A stretch of 64,000 bases of DNA, from the NCBI RefSeq assembly GCF_006345805.1, contig NC_043000.1, positions 111,042,001-111,106,000 on the forward strand, written 5' to 3'. The notes below the pieces were generated by a model. That model saw only the letters and a list, made by a program, of their open reading frames with translations. It searched no databases and was not told where the DNA came from. Position numbers and translations under genes: made by a program. Numbering within the stretch: the stretch's first letter is position 1; each line of letters starts with the position of its first letter. Positions 12,154 to 23,919 of this stretch are shown here, piece by piece. This DNA is from Octopus sinensis (taxonomy: Eukaryota).

Positions 12154-12703
12154 ATATACAGGAAAACAATGAATAAATAAAGTGATAGCTTGTTGCCAAG
12201 ATAATGTGGCAGCCCCAGGGAAGGGAAGAATACTACTGCTATTTAGCCCCAATAAACACCGTTTCTAATTGGATAGCTGACACAAGCGTTTTGTGTCCTT
12301 AAGTTTTCAAACAGGGGAGAAAAGCACTTCCACCCAACAAAGCCAGCACCCAGAGACTTAGAAATGCAATATTTCTAATTTCGTAGAACAGTGAATTTAT
12401 TTCACTTGAAATTCTATAAGTTTCCAACAGCGATTTAGCACCGACAGCTAGTAAGGCCAAGCTACTCCGAACTGATGAAGGGCAACTACCCTGAAACTAG
12501 TCTCTGGGTGCTGGCTTTGTTGGGTGGAAGTGCTTTTCTCCCCTGTTTGAAAACTTAAGGACACAAAACGCTTGTGTCAGCTATCCAACTAGAAACGGTG
12601 TTTATTGGGGCTAAATAGCAGTAGTATTCTTCCCTTTCCTGGGGCTGCCACATTATCTTGGCAACAAGCTATCGCTTTATTTATTCATTGTTTTCCTGTA
12701 TAT
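12154..12703. mobile_element. Palindromic Penelope-type remnant (about 205-bp inverted arms)
   Basis: 12154-12358 is the reverse complement of 12499-12703. The spacer ends in a hammerhead motif. Confidence 0.8.
12464..12509 (+). ncRNA. Minimal hammerhead ribozyme
   Basis: CTGATGA AGGG caacta CCCT GAAAC TA GTC. Intact core, stem II, palindromic ACTAGT stem III, GUC site; stem I is imperfect. Confidence 0.7.
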
Positions 12704-12876
12704 AGAAAATAGAAACTACACGTGGAAAAGATATGGGGAAAGTAAGAAGAAAAAAAGTGAAAATGCACATTGGATATCAAAAAAAAATAATGGCTTTTAA
12801 TGAAAAGTAACGAATAATATATACAATTAGATGAACTGAGGTAGAATTAAGAGGAATAAGAGTCACTATTTTGAAT

Positions 12877-12908
<32 letters not shown>

Positions 12909-13084
12909 CGTTTAGTATTAGCTATCGGAAAAAAGGAAATTTCGTGCAATGGTTGGGGATTAATGTTATTTTATTTTGGACGAGTCAGCCTCTTGTTTGT
13001 CTCAGTTTCGCCTGTGGGCACACAATAGTGACAACTTACCTGATGATCCTTTATTCCTGCAAGTGAAACTCAGGGTAGCAAGAC

Positions 13085-15012
13085 TAAAATATTTGGTTAA
13101 TATAGGGCGTAACAAATATCAGAAAATCAAAAAAAAATGTGTGTAATAGGTGTAAAACAACTTCCTATGAACGAATATGAAAAAAAAAAATTCGCGCACG
13201 CGAAAGGGGGGTGGGGGAGAGGCCTCGGAAAATTCACATCGGGAAGTTCCGAAAGCGTCTGAGGGGCTGAGCCGGGCACCAAAACAAAAAAAAAATAGTG
13301 TAATATGTGTAAAACAACTTGCTCTAAACGAATATGAAAAACAAAATGCGCTCTCGAGAAAGAGGGGTGGGGGAGAGGCCTCGGAATATTTATATCGGGA
13401 ATTTCCGAAAGCGTCTGAACCGGGCACAAAAACAAAAACAGCGTAATAGGTGTAAAACAACTTGCTCTAAACGACTATCATGAAAAAAATGCGCGCTCGC
13501 GAAAGGGGGGTGGGGGAGAGGCTTCGGAAATTTCACATCTTCAGTCCACGGCCTTTAAACTAAGAAAAAATAGTGTAATTGGTGTAAAACTACTTGTTCT
13601 AAACGAGTATCAAGAACACACACTCACACATGAATCATAAACTCCGTATTTCGCAAAAAAAAAAATAAAGAGAAGAAATTCTGGAAAAAGTGAAGAAATG
13701 TTGGATCTCCCCATGTGAATCAAAATACGTGTCAGAAACATCTTGAAATACTACAGAAATTATGTTACGAAAATGATAATGTATACATACCTCTTTGAGT
13801 GGTCCATCGATAATGATGATAAAGAAATGAGTTGGATTTGAACTCAGAATATTGACTAACACAACTACATACTACAAGACTCAAAATATTCAGCCAAGTC
13901 ACCACCCTTTAACTAGCAATAATAATAACATCAATAACATAACAGCCAAAAGATTTATTTGTTCTGAAAATAACAATCATAGTAAATAAATATGTTCTTT
14001 AATATTCACATTCATGTGCACAGTTAAACACACTTACATACAAACAGTCACGCATGCATAATACAGAACGGAACACATAAATGAAGGATGCATTACTTAG
14101 TATATATTACATCTAGAGAATTTTGATTAATAAGTCAAATATGCAAATTATAAAGATAATTAATTGCTTTACTAAACAGTGTTGTAAAGGTGAAAAAATA
14201 AATTTGGGAAAAAAATACACGCCAAAACTAATTAATAAAGGATAATTAGGGAAGGATTGACACAAAATAATATTTTTTTCTGATAAATGCATCTTAATAA
14301 GTGAGAAGAATTGCATATATCTGAACTATTTCAAAGAAAAGCATAAATTTAATGTTTAAAATAGCTTTAACCAAGGAATGAGATCCAAAATTTCTTCACT
14401 TTTTCCAGAATTTCTTCTCTTTATTTTTTTTTTTTTGCGAAATACGGAGTTTATGATTCATGTGTGAGTGTGTGTTCTTGATACTCGTTTAGAACAAGTA
14501 GTTTTACACCAATTACACTATTTTTTCTTAGTTTAAAGGCCGTGGACTGAAGATGTGAAATTTCCGAAGCCTCTCCCCCACCCCCCTTTCGCGAGCGCGC
14601 ATTTTTTTCATGATAGTCGTTTAGAGCAAGTTGTTTTACACCTATTACGCTGTTTTTGTTTTTGTTTTTGTGCCCGGTTCAGACGCTTTCGGAAATTCCC
14701 GATATAAATATTCCGAGGCCTCTCCTCCACCCCTCTTTCTCGAGAGCGCATTTTTTTTTTGTCATATTCGTTTAGAGCAAGTTGTTTTACACATATTACA
14801 CTATTTTATTTTTGTTTTGGTGCCCGGGTCAGCTCCTCAGACGCTTTCGGAACTTCCCGATGTGAATTTTCCGAGGCCTCTCCCCCACCCCCCTTTCGCG
14901 TGCGCGAATTTTTTTTTCATATTCGTTCATAGGAAGTTGTTTTACACCTATTACACACATTTTTTTTTGATTTTCTGATATTTGTTACGCCCTATATTAA
15001 CCAAATATTTTA
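13085..15012. mobile_element. Foldback-type non-autonomous DNA element with about 625-bp modular TIRs
   Basis: 13085-13709 is the reverse complement of 14380-15012. Each arm has three to four 140-160-bp subrepeats (GTGTAAAACAACTT...GGGGTGGGGGAGAGGC). The AT-rich spacer has no transposase. Confidence 0.8.
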
Positions 15013-15207
15013 TATCGATATGGATGTAGGACATTCTATTTTGTAAAATTAACATCTGCCGTTTAAATATTAAAAAAGAAACTCATACGTATATATGTAT
15101 GTTTCTGTGCATCTATACGATTATATTACATCATAAAGCTGGCGATCGTATTTGAAACCGTGACGCCAGCTGTTACTTTGTGTCATCAGCATATTACAAA
15201 CCAAAAG

Positions 15208-15412
15208 GAGGCGTGGTGGCAGAGTCGTTCCCGCACCGGACAAAATTACTTAGCAGCAGTTCTTCCGGCTTTATGCTCTGAGTTCAAATGCCGCTGAGGT
15301 CGTTTTTGCCTTTCGTCCTTTCAGAGTTGATTAAACAAGTACCAGTTGAGCATTGGGGCCGGGTGGGTGGGTGGTGGTCGATGTTTGCAGGCCTTGTGTC
15401 AAAATTCGAAAC
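15208..15412 (+). mobile_element. SINE family B, diverged
   Basis: Head and TCTGAGTTCAAAT...GCCTTTCGTCCTTTC block. Confidence 0.65.
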
Positions 15413-16029
15413 CAATACATTACAGATCATGAGACTACATTAACGTCAGCAAAACCTTACTAATTATTTATTCATGCTTAATTGATCTCGCTTCTAAAGC
15501 ATATCCAGGTGAGAGAGAGAATGGAAAGTGTGTGTATATGTATGATGTACGGGTGTGTGTGCGCGCGTATATATGTACATACACGCACACACACAAACAC
15601 ACACACATACACACACATATATGAAAGTACGAATCCAAACGGTCAAGATGATGAGCTCACGATCAGAAGGTCACGGTCTTCAAATCCTGGTGTGGTTGCC
15701 GCATAGTGTCTGTCAGAAAGGCCTTTCATCTCATGTTGCTCTAGTCTACTCTGGTGTAAATAATTACAAACCTAGAGTTGTCTTCTTTCAACTTCACATC
15801 TTCCATGTTTTGCTGAGTAAAGAACGGAAAAGTGACGAGACGATGTCAATGTTTGCTCACAAGTGCAGTGACACTCTGAAACGTAGTGCAAGCAACCAAC
15901 CGCTGTACATTACTTCGCTCCTTTCATCAAATCGAATTTGCCTGAACAGGCGGAACCGTGTATCACATGTCAGGTGTCCAAGTGATCGCAGAGAAGCGTG
16001 AGATGAAGCGTTTCTCTCTCTCTGTCTGC

Positions 16030-16099
<70 letters not shown>

Positions 16100-16156
16100 G
16101 AATGTTTAGGTAGTTGAATGAATTATCCTAGTATGGATAATTCGGTTAACCGAATT

Positions 16157-16239
16157 TTTTCCTGATGAGAAGGCGGCATAATGCACCCTTTATTCCTTCG
16201 GAATTGAGAATATGCAGGCTTCGAAACATATGTCGAGAA
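16157..16239 (+). ncRNA. Minimal type I hammerhead ribozyme (apparently intact)
   Basis: TTTTC CTGATGA GAAG...CTTC GAAAC ATAT GTC GAGAA. All core bases are canonical; stems I and II pair; stem III is the palindrome ACATATGT. Confidence 0.8.
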
Positions 16240-16291
16240 TAAAGGAATTTTGTTAAATCGTCGTTCGACTCCATTCTTTCATTTATATATA

Positions 16292-16348
<57 letters not shown>

Positions 16349-16351
<3 letters not shown>

Positions 16352-16897
16352 GAGAGTGGCTCAAAAAGTAATGCCATTCTGTTTAGGACAGGTATAATTA
16401 TCAACACAGGAAAATGTATCATGCATCAAAATGAAGCTGGTCCTCTGTGGATCACATCCCTACTTCTCAACGTGTTCCTGTTTTTCTCAATAGCAATGTT
16501 CCACCTTCGAATAAGAGCATGTATCCCTGCCCTGTAAAATTCTGTTGACTGTTCTTTGAGCTACTTCTTCACTACAGTTTTCACTTCCTCGTCATTGGAC
16601 TATCATCTCTTCGGCCCCATGAAGGAGGGTTTGAGAGACAAACATTATTCCAGTGATGAGGAAGTGAAAATTGTAGTGAAGAAGTGGCTCAAAGAACAGT
16701 CAACAGAATTTTATGGGGCAGGGATACATGCTCTCATTCGACGGTGGAACATTGCTATTGAGAGAAACGGTGACTAAATTGAGATGTAGGGATGTGATCC
16801 ACAGAGGACTAGCTTTATTTTGATGTATGATACATGCTCATGTACTGGTAATTATACCTGTCCTAAACAAAATGGCTTTAGTTTTTGACTCACCCTC

Positions 16898-16900
<3 letters not shown>
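16349..16900. mobile_element. Mariner-derived palindromic MITE made of two 3' ends
   Basis: TA-CGAG...CTCG-TA ends. 16349-16599 is the reverse complement of 16649-16900. The right arm encodes DYHLFGPMKEGL...RRWNIAIERNGD. Confidence 0.8.
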
Positions 16901-16933
<33 letters not shown>

Positions 16934-16935
<2 letters not shown>

Positions 16936-17810
16936 CAGCAACTCTCAGATAAAATGGAAAATTATTGCTAAAGCTAAAACTTACAGACGACATGGTACCA
17001 ATTGTAAACTCTGTATTACTGAAAAACTAAACATTATACAATTAAGAGATAAGATTCTAAACAATGGGGATGAAAATTTTTCTCCCTGCATACACAAGTA
17101 ATATTTTATACTCAGATGCTTCAAAGAAGAGACACCATCTGCGATGGTAATCCCACCAGGATTCACCTGAACGTGAAATCTGAACACACATAGCCCCCCC
17201 CCACACACACACACAGAAAAATATGCCCCAATGATGAACTACCCCAGCTCACAAGTATAAGAAAGAACAACATACCAAGAACAAATACAGATCGCATTTG
17301 TTATAACCATTCCTTTTAATATTATCATCTATCAGAGTCACTATACATTTATATACTACATCGGCCAAATTAGATTTATTATTAATTTTACATTTCGTCT
17401 TATCTATGCATGTACAATTAATTAAATTCTGGTCATTAGTATTATTGGAATTATTATGCATTTTTTTAATATAGAACTCATTTAGCTTAAATCTATTAAA
17501 AAATGAAACAAAATCGAATTAATATTAACTTTTAATATTATCGATTTAAATATAAGATTACGAAACGCGCGTAGTCGATATAATGTTTATTTTTGTTTTA
17601 TGATTTTTAGAATAATATCTATAAAATATTTAACTACTTTCTATATGGTTTTATATACATAATATCGTTCAATATTGATTGAATTGCTAAATAGAGGTTT
17701 TGTCGCTAAATTCTATACATTTAAATTATTGTGCATGTTGATTTAGTATTGCTAAATTGAATCTTTTTGCTGTTGGTTTGGAATTTTATATTCCCTAACT
17801 ATTAATAATA
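16934..17810. mobile_element. Rearranged Penelope-like remnant (GIY-YIG pieces on both strands)
   Basis: Plus strand IKWKIIAKAKTY...CKLCITEKL...ILN...CIHK; minus strand CTCIDKTKCKIN...VVYKCIVT; GAAACGCGCGTA half-hammerhead at about 17562. Confidence 0.6.
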
Positions 17811-17837
17811 TATATGTATACATATATACATATAGAT

Positions 17838-17875
<38 letters not shown>

Positions 17876-18152
17876 GCGTGTGTGTGTGTATGTGTGTGTG
17901 TGTACACGCATACACACACAGGTATTCATACTCGCCTATCAACCTTTCCCGTATAAACTATGTATACCCACACACACATTTATATGCAAACGTATTTGTT
18001 CAACCCACATATATTCCTATTCATACATCCTACTTTACATAACGAAACAGATACGTAACATAGAAAACCACCAACATACATACATACATACATACATTCA
18101 GAACACAATACACAATATACATAAATACCTATATATATATATATATATATAG

Positions 18153-18184
<32 letters not shown>

Positions 18185-18371
18185 CAATGTATATATATAT
18201 ACTAGCATTAAAGACCCGTCGTTGCCGGGTCATAGTGCTAGTGCATGTATATATGTGTATATATATGTGTACATATTACATGTACATCTATATATATACA
18301 TCTACACATAAAATACAAAATACAAAGTTATATCTTGATATCGCTAGTGATAACGATACTCAAAATATATA

Positions 18372-18691
18372 ACAGACTGGAATTGTTAGCCCGTCTCTTG
18401 TAATTTCCATCAATTGTATCTTGTCCTCCCTCTTGTATAGAAGTGTGGCTACAATCCAGCCTACCTCTACTTCTGGGGGGAGGAAGCATTTTAAATTTTA
18501 TTCCGGTACGTCCTACGTCCCAGATATAAAGGTAAAACTAAAATATGTCCACTTTGCAAGTTCGAGTTGAGTACTCCCTTGCACGCTCCGTTGACTCGAA
18601 ACTTGCTTCTATTGTGGCAAATTTACCGCCTCTGATTAGATACCTTTCATAGTCGCACCAAGACGCTTTTCGAAGGTGCTTTCCTCCATGT
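18372..18691 (-). pseudogene. Tx1-family ORF1 remnant (downstream half of interrupted element 0)
   Basis: MEESTFEKRLGATMKG / YLIRGGKFATIEASF / VLPLYLGRR / PPEVEVGWIVATLL aligns with ORF1 at 24982-25479. Confidence 0.7.
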
Positions 18692-18867
18692 TGATTTATT
18701 ATTACCCACAAGGGGCGAACATAGATGGGACAATACAATCTGGGTCAGACAAACGAATGGGTTTTTACAATAAATCGGATTTAAAAATTTTCATGAATTA
18801 CAATAAATGGACAGAAATCGAATGATGGGACAGACCGGAAGACATTACGGGTGGAGTGGGTGCGGGT

Positions 18868-21800
18868 TTAGCTCGGACCCCACGAGCCCCGCCTCCCCAC
18901 TGATACTTTTGGTTGCGCTGGTATTACGTATGTTGTATCTTTCACTCGCAACTTTCGTGCTACATCCTTCCATCGTTCTTCATACACTCTCCTAGTCAGG
19001 CATATTCTCTCCAGCCCTATCTTCCTTTTCAGGTGAAAGATGAAATAATTCATCAAACCAGGGCCGGAGATGAACTTGCCTGACTGTAAACCTTTCATTC
19101 TCGTCTTCCATATCACCTCTTTCGCAATTGCTACTACAACGAGAAAACGAAACTTACCTTCATTCACGAGGAAATCCGGTGGGTCAATTTTTGTAATCGA
19201 CTCAGTCGACAGCTGTACTCTTCGTGTACCTGACAACAGGTGTTCGGCATAAACCCACACCTCAGACACGTCCGACAATGAACAATAGCGTGCGGGACGG
19301 TTTCCCTATCCCGCCCGCATCTTGGACATATCGGACTGTCTTGGCCACCGTGCCTTGCGAGTTTATCCCGAAAGGTAGAGCTCCTCTGTAGCATTGCCAT
19401 GCCAGAGACTTCTGGAAGTTGTCCAGTGTCTCGGCTCGAACGTACGTCGGAACAGACTGGCCAGCTGATTATCGTCGAGACCTAGGGTTTCCCCCAAGGT
19501 ATCTTCACATTCCGCCTCTACCAACCCTCTATAGAGGAATGTGGTGGAACCCCCACCGCAGGCGTTGCCCGAGCGACGGAATAGCAGGAGAGCCTTGCGA
19601 CACTCCGTGTACCAAGTACCACCAAGTTTCGATCTACGATTCAGCCAGGTTTCCCATCCACCGAAACTAGTGAACTTGGGAAACATCAGTTTTGCTAGCG
19701 AAGACCACACCCGTTCACCATCCAGGTAGAGCCACAGATGTCTTAACCTCAGCGCATGTCTGCGCATCATCAGCCAAGGCATCCCTAGCCCACCCTTTAA
19801 CGGTTGTTGACAGCAAGTAGAGCGTTTCACAAGTGGTTTCCCGCCCTTCCACAAGAAGTAGAAGAGCTGTCTTTTCAACTTGATCAACCACGAGTCAGGG
19901 CAAGAGCGACGGAAAGGCGGTAGGTGATAACCGATGCGATAAACCATTGGCCACCTCCGCCCTCCCTTTCAGGGATAGCCACCGCCAAGACCAGGTCTTG
20001 GCTACTGCAGCCACCTTGCTCGTTACCTCGCCCCAATTCTTCTCTATTTGGAGGTCTGGACCGAACCAGACCCCTAGCAGTTTAATCGGACCCTCCGTCC
20101 AACGTCCCACGACGCTGTCAGGAGGCATCGACTTGCCTCTCCAGGTGCCGAGTTGCAAGCCGACTGACTTTTCACGATTAACTTTTGCTCCTGTCACCGT
20201 CTCGTAAACCTCTATGGCCTTGCCTACTTTACATAGGTGGTCCATTTCGGTTACGATGATGGTGATGTCATCCGCGTACGCTGACACTGATTTTCCATTA
20301 CCTGGCTGTCTCGGGATGCCGCTCAGTTTTCGCAGTAATGGCTCAAGAGCCATCACGTACAAAAGCGGGGAGAGCGGACACCCTTGACGAACCGAGCGTT
20401 TGATTTTGAACGGCTTCGACAAGAAGCCGTTCACCCGAACTACCGAGTCGATGTTATCATAAATTTGGATAATCCACCTGAGGAAGCCAAGGCTCAGCCC
20501 GAACTGTGCCAGGGCAGATACCAGGTAACGATGGTCGACCCTATCAAAAGCTTTAGATTGGTCTAAATGGACCAGTGCCCCGCCCTTGCCAGAATCACTA
20601 TTAAACCCCTCTATAGTGTACCGCATTAGATGGAGATTATCCTGAATGGATCTGCCCGGAACGGCACATGTCTGTGCCTCTCCGATCAGACCATCCGCGA
20701 CACGCGCCAATCTTTTCGATAACACTTTGGCCAAAATCTTCAACTCTGTGTTTAGCAGAGTGATGGGCCTGAAATTATCAATGCACTCCCCCTTGCTCGG
20801 GTCCTTTCTGACGAGAGTCACTACTCCCCGGCGCACAGATCTGGGTATAAGCCCGTTCTGCTGCCAGTTCGCATAGACCTCCGCCAGTAGGTGCCCGAAC
20901 AAGTCTGGCATACTCTTATATAACTCATAGGGTAGACCATCCAAACCCGGCGCCTTGCCCGCGCCGCAGTCCGCCATTGCCTCAAACACCTCCCCAGGCG
21001 TGATTGGCCCTTCACAGCCCCTCCGCATCTCGCCCCGATAAGCGCGGCAGACCGTCGAGTAGGTCCGTAAAGGCCCTCCTCCTATCCAGTCCGCCGCACT
21101 CACCGAAAAGCTGAGCGAGCGAAGTGCTCCTGAAAGGCCTCACACATCTCCTCGGGTTCGTTTATCAACTCACCTTGTTGGTTCGTCAAAGATCGAATCG
21201 TGGCATCGTTACCATGCTGAGCTTCCACCACTCGGGCCCATCTCACGGCGTTGATTCCTTCACATCCCACATGACGGATTCTAGCCCTGACAATGCAGCC
21301 CATGTGTTTGGCCTCGAGGTGCTGGTTTAACACCAGTCTCTTGGACGCCACCTGAGCCGCAGAGCCAGTTTTCATGGCTTCCTCTAATTCCTTAACTAGA
21401 GTAGTTTCCCTTCTAGCCTCTCTAGCCACTACTCCTATGCTATATCTAATAGACTCAAACTTGATGGCTCGTTTGAGGGCGTACCACCATTTGTTATTAA
21501 TGATGGTACCAGATAGTGCCCTCTGAATTATATTCCTAATCCGGTCTTTGTACTCCTTAATCGCCAAAGGGACGTATTAAGTTTCCAGTAACCGGATCCT
21601 CTATTTTTAACCTTATCTATGTCAAGCTTACAAGTGACCATTTTATGATCACTGTAGCTGATCGGGTAAAACTGTGGACACTTAGCTATTTTACTGTCTA
21701 CTTTTCTAATTAGTATTCTATCTAAATATGACCTGGAAGATCCGTCGCTGTTTGACCATGTCCACAATGGAGCGTTCGGAAATTCCAGCCTATAAGGATC

Positions 21801-22323
21801 TGCTAGCTCAAAGCGGCTTAGCAGTTCCATGAAGCCACTGTTGCCTTTTCTATCTGGACACGAGCCAACATAATCTACATCCGCTTTGCAAATTGTGTTA
21901 AAGTCTCCTAGCACCACTAATGAATGCGAAGTACCAAGAAAGTTTTCTAGTTCAAAAATAATCACTTTGCCCTGTATGGTTGGGTGCGTAAATGCAAACC
22001 AGTCTGATAACTTTACCATTACTGAACGTCAAATCCATGACGACCAGCCTACCTTCTGGATCTGCAAAAATTAACTTTTTCTCAGAAACCCGGTTTCTTT
22101 TTAATAGGACCAACACCCCACTCCCGCCTGTAGGACTGCCAGGAGAGAAAAAACTCTCGTAGCCGTCAAACAGCGGGAGTAGACCTCTTGGCCCCTCTAA
22201 CCGGGTTCTGTAGCAACAATAACATCTAAATTACGCGACCTGATGTCATGCAGGAAGCGACCTTGCTTCCAGCCTGCTCCCAGGCCGCGCACATTCAAAC
22301 AACCAACATAAATGTAATCCCAT
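18868..22323 (-). pseudogene. LINE ORF2: AP endonuclease-reverse transcriptase-zinc finger (frameshifted)
   Basis: CLNVRGL, LGDFN, SYLDRIL, YSDH (APE); APGLDGLP, FRPITLLN, DQSKAFDRV, RQGCPLSP, YADD (RT); GGLGMP; CPRCG...ETVPH. Confidence 0.92.
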
Positions 22324-22329
22324 TGCTTA

Positions 22330-23692
22330 CCTTATATCAGTGGTTCGGTTTTCTCTTGTTCTTCAAACTCTTTTTCTGGGCCTCGTGGGGAGTCTGACGT
22401 AGGCCCTCGAATATATGTGGAGATGTTACATCAACCTAAGTGGGGCCTACGTCATGGAAGAATTCTGACTTTATCCGCCCGTAATCCCTCCGGTCTATTC
22501 TGTAAATTACAAAGTCATTTTTTTTTCTACTTTCTCTACTTTGGCCATGGCTGCCAACACGTTTCCGAGCCTGCTATTTGATGCTTTTACGGCCATATAT
22601 GCGTTCATTGACTCTTTTTTCTTTTTTAAAATTACTCTGGGAGGTGTGGTTTCCGTTTTTCTTTTTTTTTTTCCGATAATTTTTTCCCACCCCTCCTCAT
22701 TTATCTTTTCCTCGCTCTTTTTTTTTTTCCGCCGCTGGTTCTGCTGTCACCGTCACCTCCACACCTTCAGTCTTCCCTTCTGGGCCGTCTGACGCTGCTT
22801 CTGGTGACACATTGTCTTCTTTTTCTTTTGGCTTAGGTGCTTCCTGCGGTTTGGGTTGGGGTTGGCATTCCGCCTTACATGCCCTTCTTGCCGCAGCCGA
22901 AGCACCTCGGTTTCCTGCCCTCCACGAACACTGTTATTTCTCGTCTTCACTAATCTTTACCGTTTCTGGAATTTCTTCCAGTGTTTGCACCTCCGCCTGA
23001 ATGGCTATCACTTTTTTTGGCCTTTCCAAAAATCCTCTTCTCCACTGTGGCCTGGAGGATGTTTATTTTTTCCTCCAGACCTACCATCACTGCTGCACAC
23101 CAGACATTCAGCATCAGCCTCTGGCGGTATGTTGTTCATTGAAATTTTGACGTCTTTTTCCTTTATACAATGGTAGTAAGACAATGTTTTCCGCTTTGAT
23201 CGGCTCCATCGATAGTTTCTTCGCTACATCCTCCGTAGTAAAACGCACCTCCACTGTGCCGTATCTTTTCCTCTGTTTATATACGTTATTTGTCCAAAAG
23301 GTTTTAGACAAGACTCTATTTTTTTTTCTTCGATTTTTTGGATCATTTTTTCGTTGTGTCGTAAGTTTTATATATATTCTTTTTTTCTCTATATCGTCAT
23401 GTATTTGTATGTTTGTGGCCACAGTCACTTCTGTGCCTTCTTTTTACGCAGTCTGCAAATTTTTTAAAATTGTCTATATTTATTTTTTTGATCTTTTTCC
23501 CAGCCACTTCAGCGAATTTTTTTGCTGGAGTTGATGCTGGTACTGGTTTTTCCATTTCTTGGGCGACGCCGCCTCTTTTTTTTCGGCGACAGCGCCTCTT
23601 TTTTTTGGCGACAACGCCTCTTTTTTACTTGGCGACAACGCCGGGTATTCATCCTCGCTCGTCACGGGCGAATAAGAGATGGGGGACTCCAT
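22330..23692 (-). pseudogene. LINE ORF1 (zinc knuckle), frameshifted
   Basis: YGTVEVRF..., LPLYKGKR, VFVEGRKPRCFGCGKKGH; Lys-rich. Confidence 0.7.
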
Positions 23693-23919
23693 CTTGAACA
23701 AATGGCTTTAACAAGCCTTTGGTAAATCCAATTAATTGTAGTTTTCCCCCACTGAGGGGGGAACACCAACGCGAAGTCTTCGCGCGAAGGCTGACTTCGT
23801 CCGTTAGACAATAATAGACAAAAACAGGTAGACCAACAGTATATAATAACAGAGATAATAGTACGAGAGCAAAAATATATATCAACTTACTAATAACGCA
23901 AAAATGATTTCCTCCATGT

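Larger units (their letters stand above)
18692..23907 (-). mobile_element. Near full-length Tx1/L1-group non-LTR retrotransposon (element 1)
   Basis: ORF1 plus ORF2 (APE, RT, Cys-rich end), 3' UTR with AATAAA, flanked by TTTCCTCCATGT at 18680-18691 and 23908-23919. Confidence 0.9.

Noticed and set aside
13035-13083. CTGATGA...GAAAC..GTA hammerhead-like string
   Set aside because: Stem II cannot pair; it may be chance or too decayed to support.
13140-13610. Regularly spaced repeats resembling a CRISPR array
   Set aside because: The spacers are themselves homologous, the array is mirrored in a TIR, there are no cas genes and the context is eukaryotic.
18868-23692. Frameshifts in the LINE as programmed frameshifting
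   Set aside because: They are numerous and often in homopolymers, so decay or long-read indel error is more likely.
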